DNA of 63,697 nt, the filler included, from Folioceros fuciformis (lineage: Eukaryota): NCBI GenBank assembly GCA_049999805.1. It is 4 parts of 3 records of this genome, joined end to end, with 100 filler letters (N's around TTAATTAATTAA, not from the genome) between each part and the next. Parts side by side here need not be neighbours in the genome. Positions count along the whole stretch, not along the records: positions 1 to 5,878 come from JBNGIO010005474.1; positions 5,979 to 35,642 come from JBNGIO010005475.1; 2 more parts are not named here. The stretch is one strand, 5' to 3'. Both the position numbers and the translations under genes were made by a program. Below are positions 1 to 12,096 of this stretch, one piece after another; the stretch's first letter is position 1, and every line of letters begins with the position of its first letter. The notes under the pieces are model-generated. The model saw only the letters and a program-made list of their open reading frames with translations, did not search any database and was not told the origin of the DNA.

Positions 1-3000
1 TGTGTTCTCATCTATACTAACATATTGCACTTGCACTATCCCCCTTTTAGCCACATCACGAATGTAGTGACACAACTCAATATGCTTAGTCCTCGCATGG
101 AACCTCGGATTGGCTACAAGCGATATAGCCGACATATTGTCACATAAAAGAGTAGTAGGGCCAGATTGGGGTAAGTTTATTGCATCCAAAAATTTCCTTT
201 CCCACTCTAACTCCTTGCATTTGTCTGTCAGGGCCTTATACTCAGCCTCAGTTGATGACAATGCCAAAGACATTTGCTTCTTGCATGACCAGTTCACAGC
301 ACCCCTTGCAAGGAAGAACACATGTGGTGAGAGACTCTTCCAAGAGTCAACATTGGATGCCTAGTCGGCATCAGCAAAGGCAGACAATGTGAAATCTTGT
401 CGGCCAGAGGAAGTATATTGCAGCCCCAAGATAATGGTCCCCTTCAAGTACTTGTACATACATTTCATTGCTGCCCAATGGAGCTTGCCAGGATTCTGGA
501 GAAACTGAGAGACAACACTAACATCATATTATATGTTAGGCCAAGTCTAGTTAGCTAGGAAGATTAAGCACCCAACAGCTTTTGCATAAGGAACTGCAGA
601 CATAGCTATCTGCTCAACTTCATCAAGAGGTGACTGCTCACTAGTAAGCTTCTCCCCTACTGCAGAGGGTGTTGACAAGTGGACTTGGCAGCATCCAAGC
701 TAAAATGCTTCACGATTTCCGTTATGTATTTAGTTTGGTGCAAAATAATAGTGTACCTTGTTCTCTGTTACGCAGAATCTGGATACCCAGGCAGTACTGC
801 AAAGGGCCCTGATCAGTCAACTCAAATTTTGAACGAAGAAGGGCCTTTACTTCATCGAGCTTAGAAGGGCTGTTACTGAGTAGGATGGCATCATCCACAT
901 AGAGCGCCAAGATCACAAACAAACTCTCAAAAGTAAGGTAGAAGACATTGCTATCAGCAGGTGATTGAACAAAACCATTTTTCCTTAAGAACTTCATAAT
1001 GCGTTTGTACCAGGCACGGGGACTCTGCTTTAGACCATAAAGGGTCTTCAACAACTTGCACACCTTTTTTGGCCAACGTTTATCTACAAACCCTTTAGGC
1101 TGCTCCATGTAAAGGACCTCTTCAAGCTCACCATGTAAGAAGGCTGTACACACATCCATTTGATGAAGCTTGAGGTCGAATTCAGCAGCCATGGCAAGCA
1201 AGATACACGCAGAGGGAGGCTTAACCACCGGAGAAAATGTGTCCCCATAGTCAATGCCAGGTATCTGAGAAAAACCTCTCGCAACCAACCGTGACTTATA
1301 ACTCGCAATTGTGCCATCTGCCTTCAACTTTGTTTTGAACACCCACTTACACGTGATGGGCTATCTTCCAGGAGGTAGGTCAGCCAGCTCCCAAGTATTC
1401 TTGATAAGGGAGTTGTACTCTTCATCGATAGAGATCCGCCAGTGCTTACCATCACACCCATTGATGGCTTCTATGTAAGTATTAGGATTTGGCCTTACAT
1501 CACGAACATGAAGGTCAGTTACATTTGCTGCATGTCTACGAAAATCCACGGATTGATAAGGAGGCTCAATCCAGTTGTCTCTTGACCGCTTGTATCTGAA
1601 GGAATAATGAGGAGGATCTGGTGGAGGGGGAGCATCTTCAGGGTCATTCCCCTCTGCACCCTTTGCAGCAGCATCATCCTCGAAACCATCAACCTCAACA
1701 TGGTGGGAAGGAGGAGCAAAACTCGAATCCGAAGAATGCTGTGACTGTAAATCATCATCTGGACCAGCAGCTTGCAGTACTGGATCTGGTAAGGGCCCTT
1801 GTAGAAGAGGATAAGCATCCAGCTAAGTAGTCGGAGCAGTTATCTCACCATCAAAATCAGGATAAGTGACAGCTTGCTTAGAGTCATCGAAGTCCATACC
1901 AAGGGAAAGGTCATTCGGGGAAAACGGATCTGCAGCATATAACTGGCCTATAGACGAATCGGACTGAGAAGAGGTAAGCTCTAGAAAAGTAGCACTCCGA
2001 GACAAGGTAATTCATGACGTGACAGGATCATAGAGCTTATAAGCTTTTGACTCCTCAGAATAACCTAAAAAGATGAGATGTTTAGATTTGGCATCTAACT
2101 TCTTTCTTTTGGGTTCAAGAATAAAGGCAAAAGCAAGAGACCCAAACACCTTCAAATGAAGAAGACTAGGCTTGCAACCCCAGAATGCTTTATAGGGTGT
2201 CTTGCCGGGGAGGGCAGAAGTAACAACTCGATTTAAGATGTAAGTGGCACATACTATGGCTTCTGCCCAGAACTTCTTAGAAAGAGCTGCCCATGACAAC
2301 ATCCTCCTGACCATTCCCATCAAGGTCTGATTCTTACGCTTTGCCACACCATTTTGCTGCTATGTGTAGGGAACAGAAAGTTGTCTCACTATACCAAGGG
2401 AATCAAACAGGACATCAAACTGCCGTCCAGTAAACTCACCACCATTGTTGGTTCGAAAGCATTTAACTAGCTGACCAATCTATCGTTGAACCATGGTAAT
2501 CCAGGAGGAGATGGTGTCAAACACATCGCTCTTCTACCTGATTGGAAAAGTCCACGTATACGTGGAGTAGTCATCTATAAAGGACAGGTAGTACTCTGCT
2601 CCACCCAACGATTTGATAGGTAGCTTTCCTGCTACATCTGCATGAATTAGTTCTAGCACTTGCTTAGCACGATTGGCACTTTTGTTTTTAAAAGGCAGCT
2701 CTTTCTGTTTTGACAAGATACAAGAGCTGCAGGATGCAAGATGTTTGAAGCAAGAAGGCAAGCATTCTCTGTAACATGAAGAATTAGCCATAAGGTCCAA
2801 CTTAGCACGATTGACGTGTCCTAACCTAGCGTGCCAAATATTTCCCTATTCACTAGAAGCACTAAGTAAAGCTCTAGCCTTAGTCTTGTGAATTGTAACA
2901 AGCTAGTAGAGTTCATTGACTAACACTGCCTTAGCAACATGACTATCAGGGTCAGAAAGAAGATAAACTAAACAGGTATTATTCTCAAACCTAAAACCAT

Positions 3001-3166
3001 ATTTCTGACTTTGAGAGATAGCAACAGATAGAGAGAATGGACAACAGATAGAGAGAATGGACAACAGGTTTTTACTCATGTCAAGGACAAACAGGACATC
3101 CTCTAGCAGTAGACAAGACCCATCTAATAAAGGTAATTCTACTGTACCAGAACCTCTGACCTATAT
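1..3166 (-). mobile_element. Decayed Ty1/copia retrotransposon pol region (protease end, GAG-pre-integrase, integrase, RT, RNase H)
   Basis: Minus-strand fragments occur in copia order: VRGSGTV..LEDVLFV..NLLS (~3060-3160), IHADVAG..FIDDYS (2534-2800), FWAEAI..LKVFG..KKLD (2012-2347), YKSRLVARGFSQ..QMDV.TAFL..LYGLKQSPRAW..LYVDD (722-1342), HARTKHIE (<100). Many stops and frameshifts. Confidence 0.93.
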
Positions 3167-3353
3167 TGTTAAGATAAAAGCCCCTTTATCTATAGTTAAT
3201 AAGTACACACTGTTAATTTAGGTTTAGGTTTATGAAGGGTCGCGAGTAAATAATACTCTGATAATACTTTGACTATGTATGTTGTATGTTTGTTCTTAAT
3301 ATTATTATTCATATTCTGCAAACTTGCACACAGCTTCCTCAAGCTTTCTTACA
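3167..3353 (+). repeat. 5' LTR (187 bp) of a nested copia element
   Basis: Starts TGTTAAGA and ends TCTTACA (TG...CA, imperfect inverted termini). AT-rich and immediately followed by a PBS. Confidence 0.8.
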
Positions 3354-3365
3354 TGGTATCAGAGC
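3354..3365 (+). promoter_or_regulatory. Primer-binding site complementary to tRNA-iMet
   Basis: TGGTATCAGAGC directly after the LTR-terminal CA, the canonical plant LTR-retrotransposon PBS. Confidence 0.9.
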
Positions 3366-5223
3366 TATGTTGTTAGTTTCCTATTGATATGGTCTCTAAT
3401 GTTCTATGATCTTTTCTCTAAGTGAAAGTGGCGAGACCTATAAATGGGCTAAGGCCCCTGTAGTCATCATTCTTTGATGGCCTCTGGATTCTCAACCCAA
3501 CACAGATCCCGCTACCTACACTGCAAGATCATATATGGACCAAAATTCAACTAGGAAACAACACTAATTTTTCTGGGCAAAATTGGCTAGTTTACAATCA
3601 AACCCCTAAAGATGCCGAGGCGAAATCCAAGCTAGCAATGTCGTTTAAAGAACGAGGCTTCTAACAACGCAGTGAATTACAATATGCCGACTAGGGAACA
3701 CACTGTGGTTGGCTGATTTCCTGCATCAATTCGAAGCTGTAATCTTAGCAGCAATCACCAGCGTGGTTCTTTTCCATCATCGAGGAGTTTTGATTTTACC
3801 AAATCAGCCAGTGAACTCCATCTTCCAGAATCGCGTGCGCTCTCTGGTCCGCCTGCAGGTTGTTCGGGGAATGTTTGTCTTGCTTGTGAGCTGCAGGTAT
3901 CATACTGGCTCATTCAGCAAAATCAAGGTATTGAGCGTATGAGTGATCAGGTACATACCNNNNNNNNNNNNNNNNNNNNNNNNNNNNNNNNNNNNNNNNN
4001 NNNNNNNNNNNNNNNNNNNNNNNNNNNNNNNNNNNNNNNNNNNNNNNNNNNNNNNNNNNGGTACATACCCTTGCTGAAGACGTTCAAAAATTGAGCCAGT
4101 ATCTGAAGGAAACCCTAGTTCTGGATCGCGCACCGCAGAGCCGGTGTCTGTGATCCACAATCTTTTGACATCTTGTGGAAGAAATTCGCGGTGGCAGCGG
4201 CCCGGCCAAGTTTCTTGCAGAGTTTTTTTCTGCAACAATTGGGAGCTGCTAATCGTCGTGTGTTGCGTGCCGCCGAGGCGCTTCACCTTGCCACCTAATC
4301 ACAAACAGTTGACAGGTGTTTCAGATGTTGCTGGTGGTGCATCCCTACAAGTCTCTCGCGAATCGGTGTTGCGGCCGTTCGCAACTCAAAGGAGTGAATA
4401 GACAGACTTTTTTCAGGAGCGGTTACTGACCTCGTTTCGAAAGCCGGCAGACTCCTTTCATGAACAGTGGTCTTTGCGAGAACTGCTAATCTCCCTCTTC
4501 CTCTAGGAGCCCTGCCCGCCTTTCTCAATGAGCTCTTCAACCCCTCCTTCACCACCGCAACCTCCCAACACACTTGGGGCTCAACGCCAGCGCACACCTC
4601 CACAGGGGCCACCTGCACTTCCACCTTTACCTTTCATGCAGCCTGCTTATTCCGCTGATTTTAAAGAAAAAGATCGCTTCAATGGATCAAAGTATGAAGT
4701 GTGGAGTGTTCGGATGCACTCCGCCTTGGAGGCTCGCAACGTTTGGGGTGTGGTTTCTGGAGCTACAGCCCAACCAGGCTTAATGGCAACNNNNNNNNNN
4801 NNNNNNNNNNNNNNNNNNNNNNNNNNNNNNNNNNNNNNNNNNNNNNNNNNNNNNNNNNNNNNNNNNNNNNNNNNNNNNNNNNNNNNNNNNGGCTCGGCCA
4901 AGTTTCTTGCAGATTTTTTTTTCTGCAACAATTGGGAGCTGCGAATCGTCGTGTGTTGCGTGCCGTCGAGGCGCTTCACCTTGCCACCTAATCACAAACA
5001 GTTGACAGGTGTTTCAGATGTTGCTGGTGGTGCATCTCTTCAAGTCTCTCTCGAATCGGTGTCGCGGCCGTTCGCAGCTCAAAGGAGTGAACAGAGAGAC
5101 TTTTTTTTTCAGGAGCGGTTACTGACCTCGTTTCGAAAGCCGGCAAACTCCTCTCATGAACAGTGGTCTTTGCGAGAACTGCTTATCTCCCTCTTCCTCT
5201 AGGAGCCCTGCTCGTCTTTCTCA

Positions 5224-5878
5224 ATGAGCTCTTCAACCCCTCCTTCACCACCGCAACCTCCCAACACACTTGGGGCTCAACGCCAGCGCACACCTCCACA
5301 GGGGCCACCTGCACTTCCACCTTTACCTTTCATGCAGCTTGCTTATTCCGCTGATTTTAAAGAAAAAGATCGCTTCAATGGATCAAAGTATGAAGTGTGG
5401 AGTGTTCGGATGCGCTCCGCCTTGGAGGCTCGCAACGTCTGGGGTGTGGTTTCTGGAGCTACAGCCCAACCAGGCTTAATGGCAACTAATGCAGAAAAGG
5501 AAAAGTGGGCGAACGCCAACAACGTTGCCCGTGCTTTCCTGATCAATGGTCTAGATGAAGTCCTGGTTCCAGACGTTGCTTACCTTACTAAGGCATCTGA
5601 AATCTGGGTTCAGCTCTCACAAACATATGAGGTTAAAAATATTCTGACCTTGTGTGCTGTTTGTGGAGAGTTGTTTTCTCTGAGAATGAAGGAAGGTGAG
5701 AAGGCTGCAACGTTTGTTGGCAAGTTTTGTCATCTTCGTTCTTAGCTGATTTCACTTGGCTCCACCATGAGTGAACTTGATGCTGTTGCCCAGCTCTTGA
5801 TAAGTTTGCCTGCAAGTTATCAGCCTTTCATCTCTAGTTATGGAGCTTCCCTCCGTGACGCAGGAGCGGCTATAGCTG
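5224..5878 (+). pseudogene. Copia gag (DUF4219/UBN2-type) with in-frame stop
   Basis: Gag motifs as above. TAG at 5743-5745 interrupts a frame that continues LISLG..LLISLPASYQPF. Confidence 0.8.
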
Positions 5879-5978
5879 NNNNNNNNNNNNNNNNNNNNNN
5901 NNNNNNNNNNNNNNNNNNNNNNTTAATTAATTAANNNNNNNNNNNNNNNNNNNNNNNNNNNNNNNNNNNNNNNNNNNN
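5879..5978. other. Artificial scaffold linker
   Basis: 100-nt block of Ns with central TTAATTAATTAA (stops in all six frames) at 5923-5934. Confidence 0.95.
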
Positions 5979-5990
5979 TTGCTCGATGCC

Positions 5991-6092
5991 AGGACCTAGG
6001 ACTCTAGTGGTAGTGAAGACTCTTTTTCCTTACTAGCTTGGGGGACCTAGGACTCTAGTGATAGTGAAGACTCTTTCTCCTTACTGGCTTGG
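5991..6092. repeat. Tandem duplication of a ~51-bp unit
   Basis: GGACCTAGG(G)ACTCTAGTGRTAGTGAAGACTCTTT..CCTTACT..CTTGGG occurs twice. Confidence 0.8.
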
Positions 6093-6259
6093 GCGCTGAT
6101 ATTTTAGCTACTATTGGTAGCCATTAGGGTCAGGGATAGCCCTAGTGTCTAATCAAGATTTATCTTCCTCATTACGGATGGATGGATTTTCATATTGGTT
6201 TTTTTATATTGTCTTTTTAAAATAAATGGACCTAACCTTCTTGATGCATCAAAGATGTG

Positions 6260-6365
6260 CATGAGGTTCTTGAGCATAGGAAACAACTTAGCTATGAGGT
6301 TCTTGAGCTTAGGAAAAACTTAGCCATGAGGTTCTTGAGCTTAGGAAACACCTTAGCATGAGGTT
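6260..6365. repeat. Tandem repeat, ~33-bp unit, about 3 copies
   Basis: ATGAGGTTCTTGAGCWTAGGAAACAACTTAGC repeated. Confidence 0.85.
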
Positions 6366-7399
6366 TTTTCTTCTTCTGAAGAGTTGAGGATCTTTCAAAA
6401 TAAAATTATAAGTACAGAAGGCTCGTATGTCCTATCAAGACCCTACGACGAAATAGACCGTTACGTGGACCGCATACACAAGAGGGGGTACACACGAAAG
6501 GGGACTCTAAGCCTAGCCTAGTCTCAAAGGTGAAGCCAAACCTCGAGGCCGAGCCACGGGCCTCATTGCTGCACAAGGCCTACTCACATTAAGTTTGGCC
6601 TCCATCCGTAAAAGTTAAGTGTATAGGCTTATGCCAAACCTTGGACAAAGTAACGAGGCACCTATCCAAGCACAAGGGCCCCACCATCAATCCTTCACCT
6701 TGCCATGCTCCATGCATGCCATGAGACCACTCAACTGCCCATCGTCGCAAACGCTGGTGCTCTGGCAATGGTCACCGACTTTGTTCTCGACAAGGCGTGT
6801 TGTATTGTGTATGGTATATAAATGTTGAGTACTTTATCTCAAACTTGGCTCCAACCCTTGGAATTCTTTCCTCACTCGTGCTCCTCATGCGAAAGCCTTG
6901 AAGCTTGGGGCTGTACAGCAATTTGTAAGCGCCTTGTGTTGTAACGGTGGGAGCATCTGCTATCCAGCCATTGTTATACTTGTAGAATTATGAAAGCTAG
7001 TAGGAGTGTGGACGCTATTGGGTTTGGAATGTGCATTTAAGTTCATTGTGATAGGCTTTAGTTTTTGCTATGCTTGTGCCTAAGTGTGATACATTGCAAC
7101 ACACCAAGGTGCCGGTTGGGCAATTGCAGCAAACCATCATGCACATTGAGCCCTTGTAGTAGACCATGTGCACATTGCATTGGGCCTAAATATATTTTCC
7201 CTTTTGCCCTGTGATCAGTCACCTTTCTAAGTTTTCAAGTATTTTGTTGCTACCGTGAAAGATCTCTTTCTCTCTTCTAATCTCAATTCGTTGTAATGTC
7301 TCCCTATGTTCTCTTTCTTTGTTCGATCACTATTGTTGAGCTCACGAATCATAAATTGGTAACGTCAAGAATAGCCATGTGCTAAGTTTTCATTTTTAG

Positions 7400-8100
7400 G
7401 AATTGCAAGCATTGGCTCACAACCAAAGAATGGTCAGCTTGGACCCGAATGTTGCAACCGAGGGTTGCCCCGTTCTCATCCAATACCATCCACTTGGTCT
7501 ATTTAGGAAAGAGTCTTTACTATGGACAATAAGTACTCGTACAATTCACTAGAAAATGACTACCGTTTAGTTGGCATATGTTATGACAAACAAGACAAAT
7601 GATTTCATGCATGAAGAGCAAAATAACTCCATTTTTTCAACTAAGCTTGTAAAAGGAGACCACTAGAAAGCTCCTTTGCAGAATATACAAAAAAGTGGTT
7701 AAAGTACAAGTTGCTTTACAAATTACGTCCACATGATATTCTTGGAGACCATGTGACTAAGGTTCTATGAAGAGGAAAGTTAATCCCAATTGTCAACTTC
7801 ACTGGAATGATTATGTAGTCAGTCACCAAGGACATTTGGAATCTTCAAAGTGAGCTACAAGCGAGGTCTTGGGGACTACACAATAAGGACGCAAACAATG
7901 TGCATTTATAGAAGAACCTAAATTTATAATGCGTTGTCCATTATATTGTAGGGGATTAAGGTATATCTTAGAAATTTATTCTTTACATACAAACTCCATT
8001 TCAACATAGCAAAACGCTAAAATAGGGTCATACAACTCAGGCGACACTTAATCCGTATAGCAAAACTTGAAGATGTTTTCATTCACCTTATAGCACAAAC
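7400..8100 (+). mobile_element. Highly decayed Mutator-like (MULE) transposase remnant
   Basis: Hand translation gives KDIWNL..WGLHNKDANNVHL and ILYIQTPFQ..GH, resembling the segment N-terminal to the MULE catalytic core. Similar to the copy near 59 kb. Many stops. Confidence 0.4.
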
Positions 8101-9899
8101 ATTGGATCATGAATTTGTAGTTGAAAAAAAATACATGAGGCCATGAATGATGATATAAGTGGGACCTGAAAATTGACATCGCCAAAGAGGTAAAGTCTTG
8201 AAGGCCCTATTCAAGAAAATATGCAAAATAGTTGAGAAATGGCCAAACTTAATATTTAATGTTTCTCCAAGTTTAGCCAATTTGGAGAAGAAACATGGAA
8301 AAGTGATAGTTTGTTACAACAAGGCTACTAATTTACATTGCATTAAGAAAATAGAAGCTTTGAGAGTACAAGAACTAGGTATGCATGAACCATTTATTTT
8401 TTCAAAAGACCTAAATTCAGAAGATAATAACCTAAAAAGGAAACCAACACTTTGAGAAAGTCAAGGTCCTAAGCACACTACAAGCGGTGCCCTTTATATA
8501 GAATTTTTTGCAGCATGGCATGTTCCTCACCTAAGACAATAGAAACAAACATTTGCAAACTTGGTATGTAGTAGTCAACAAGGTGGTAGCCAAGGCATGT
8601 GAGTGCCTTTTTCTTAATAGCTACTTGTTGTTTGAACTGCTAGTGAAAGAAGTAATAATACATGCAATTTTGAAAAGTATATTAACTATTGTACCCAAGA
8701 ACAATTGTTGTTGTACCATTAACTTAGCTTTGTTCACCTTAATGTATAATGTGGTGTTCCACTATTCATGTGAGATATAATCCTAAAGAATCCTCGCTAA
8801 CATTTTCCAACTAGGTTATTCAACAATTCACTATGTTTTCTTTTCATTTGCAATATACTATATTGAATTGGTGTCATAGACAAAAAAAAACCCTTGTTGC
8901 TTCAAAGTCCATAACCCGTGCCTCACATGTTTGACAGTAATGTCAAACGCAATTGGAAGCTCAGTTTCCTAAACAGTTGATGCTCCTCATAGTCACTACA
9001 ATTGTTAAATGTAAGCAACTTCAAATAACAGATGGAACAGGCCTCGTAGAAAACAATCTTATCGCACTACAGCCTAAGGATAGTGATCATGACATGATGA
9101 TGGACAACCCCATCATCTCGTACGTGGATCAGGTTTGCAAGTGTATTCATGAGAAAATGGGCTGATACTTGCAACTGCAACTAGGTCGATGAGAAAACGT
9201 GTTGAAATCTAAAAGAGAGAATTTACCCCTAATTATCAAATCCTCAAACTACCAGAGATTGAATGAAGACAACCCACTTTCTATTGCTCTTTAAGTGTCG
9301 TATACATTACCTCTTGGCCTCCTCGACCAGAGGGAGCACGGAGGCTTCGTGTTGCCGCCATAACAGGTAAGTAGTTTGATTTCTGCATTCAAATGTATGT
9401 CCCGACATGCAACACAACCTTGTATGTATAAAGACGAAGAGATAGAAGAGCTGTGTCTAGTGGGATAACATTGGAGTGCACGATGGCAAAGCGCACTTAT
9501 GGGCAAGATGGGTGGCCTCATGTCATGCATGTGCATGACATAGTGGATGGCCAGTGGTGGGGTCCACATGCTTGGAAAGCCATACCTCTTTACTCTTTTC
9601 AGAGGTGTAGCATAAGCCAGTGGGTAGAGCCGCAGTGGAACATGCACGTGGCCATAAATAGCATCTGTGTTATGTGACAGATTGTGTGATATTTTATTTT
9701 TATTTAGTTATGTAGATATATGAATCTTGTCATTTATTTTATACTTTGGACTATGTTGCATTCCAAAGAGTTTCATCCTTGGTATCTCCAAAATATAAAG
9801 AATTTCAACTCTCTTGATAGTGTTATGCATGTTCTCTTTATAATGTTATTGGCAACTTCACCTAGTGCTTCAATGGAGATATTAGGAATGCGTATTCCC

Positions 9900-10290
9900 C
9901 GTACTTAGTGGAAGACACCATGTACATTAGATCTTTGGGAAGAGGTTCACATGAAACCTTGGCAGTTGAAGGGTTTGGAGAGGAGATATGAGCATTGGCG
10001 AAGAAAATATCGAATTTCTTACCTAACGTTTAAGATACTTGTTTATCAGTTGCAGCCCTTCTTAGTATGCATATCATCAAGAAAAACAAAACCATGTGGA
10101 AAGATTGTTGCATAGGTTGGGCATATCTACCTTCACTGATTGTGGCCTCCAAGTATGAAGTTGGTAACGCCAAATTATGAAGTATATAAAGCTCATTGTT
10201 TTGATCTTAAGTGATCTTATAAAAAGTTATATTATGCATTTGTGGCCATGTCATCAAAGGCTTTTAAGGAGTGGACCTTATTGCCTGATA
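9900..10290 (+). mobile_element. Decayed PIF/Harbinger-like transposase N-terminal remnant
   Basis: Hand translation gives WRRKYRISYLTFKILVYQLQPFL (compare FRM...TF..L...L.P.L), then LHRLG and VASKYEVGN across frameshifts. Confidence 0.45.
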
Positions 10291-10312
10291 TTGTTGGTGC
10301 TATAGATTGATC

Positions 10313-10926
10313 TCTCATCAAGTTTGCAGTCAAGCCACTTGAGCATTACAGTCTTGTAGTTTATCAGTACAAGCGATATCACTTGTAGTGATAGTAGGAG
10401 TTTAGGTTTATTAGTTCTCTCATCGAGTTTGCAGTCAAGCCACNNNNNNNNNNTAGTTCTCTCATCGAGTTTGCAGTCAAGCCACTTGAGCATTACATTC
10501 GGAGTTTAGGTTTATTAGTTCTCTCATCGAGTTTGCAGTCAAGCCACTTGAGCATTACATTCGGAGTTTAGGTTTATTAGTTCTCTCATCGAGTTTGCAG
10601 TCAAGCCACTTGAGCATTACATTCGGAGTTTAGGTTTATTAGTTCTCTCATCGAGTTTGCAGTCAAGCCACTTGAGCATTACAGTCTTGTAGCCTATCAA
10701 GTTTGCAGTCAAGCCACTTGAGCATTACAGTCTTGTAGCCTATCAAGTTTGCAGTCAAGCCACTTGAGCATTACAGTCTTGTAGCCTATCAAGTTTGCAG
10801 TCAAGCCACTTGAGCATAACAGTCTTGTAGCCTATCAAGTTTGCAGTCAAGCCACTTGAGCTTTACAGTCTTGTAGCCTATCAGTACAAGCGATATCACT
10901 TGTAGTGATAGTAGGAGTTTAGGTTT
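10313..10926. repeat. Composite minisatellite with shared 30-bp core (105-, 62- and 46-bp periods)
   Basis: Core AGTTTGCAGTCAAGCCACTTGAGCATTACA at about 10321, 10426, 10468, 10530, 10592, 10654, 10700, 10746, 10792 and 10838. Confidence 0.95.
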
Positions 10927-12096
10927 CAACTAATAAATAATATATAGTTCTCCTCGCAACTTCCTTGCGTATGGCCCCTAATGGATACACACAGCGATTC
11001 CTCAAATATGCATGGTAGCCCTAATAAATGCAACAATCACGAAAACAAGCATGAATCCAAGTACAGTGCCGAGGACAACAGGTCGAAATTGCTATCATAG
11101 TTGAGTTGGATATTTTGTAACGGTCTTGAACACGAAGCAATGCTAATGCACCATATCGGCACATGTGATGGGACACTGCATAACCTCCGACTAACCACAA
11201 AGGCGTCCATATGGAGGAAAATCCTGGTTTGCTTCAAAATTCGTGTGTCACATGATCCAAAGAGCAACAATTGTTGGGCTGACCCATTATGTCACCATGC
11301 ACCCATGGTGGAAGGGGGGCATTCTCCACTTCCAAATTGAGGGCTGACCACCTAGTCTCCCTCTCTTGGTCAATCAACCTGATACTTGGAAGCCTAGCAG
11401 TTCCCACATGGATTGCTGCATATAGAACAAGTGGGACTACGGTGGTAGTGGCCCCTCCAGCAACCTATGCAGTAAAACATCATGAGATGTGGAGCTGAAG
11501 CACGATGGCGTGGAAAGGCATTCTACCTCTTAGAAATTTCAAAGTACACAAATGCATTTCCATTAACAAAAGATTGGTCCATGCTCGGTGGTGGCGTGCG
11601 GAGGTGTCAACTCGGGCAACAATACCTTGACCCTCACAACTTGGCCGTGTGCACAGGATGCAAGGAATTTGTTGGTTTTGGTATGGAGGATCCATTGTTA
11701 CGACAGAATTCCATGCGAACTAGAGGCTTCTGTTTGATGCGAGCTTCCACACAATGTGACGGGGGGGGGGGGACCACCGAACAATGGCTAAAGCACCTTA
11801 TCCTTTTGGAGAAGACATTTGCTCCTCGGCAATCAGCCATACTATTGTCCTCATCGCCATCCCGCTGAATAAAACATGGACGGCTTATTGAAGCCTAATG
11901 AGTTGGGGGGAAACCTGTTCTGTTCGAACAGCCTTATTGCATAACTGAATCCTAACTATTGGGGTTTGCTAGTAACCCATGGGTTTGGCAACGAAGCCAA
12001 TCATGTGAAAATGACAATGAGTTGAATTGACATAATCCTTCTATCACAGAACATAGAAAATCGTCATACCTTCATAGAAAATCGTCATACCTTCTA

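Larger units (their letters stand above)
3167..5878 (+). mobile_element. Second Ty1/copia element (LTR, PBS, long leader, gag), truncated by scaffold end
   Basis: LTR and PBS followed by a copia gag N-terminus (FNGSKYEVWSVRMRSALEARNVWGVV..IWVQLSQTYE) at 5224-5745, with a partial copy at 4528-4790. Linkage across two N gaps is assumed. Confidence 0.75.

Noticed and set aside
4195-5490. Tandem duplication of the copia leader and gag start
   Set aside because: The two copies flank a 100-N gap and differ slightly. Most likely contigs from different element copies or haplotypes scaffolded together.
5923-5934. Palindromic TTAATTAATTAA motif (also at 35687 and 62440)
   Set aside because: Artificial six-frame-stop linker embedded in Ns.
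10313-10926. CRISPR-like array (30-bp repeat with intervening sequence)
   Set aside because: The intervening segments are themselves repeated rather than unique spacers. No cas genes, and the context is plant nuclear DNA.
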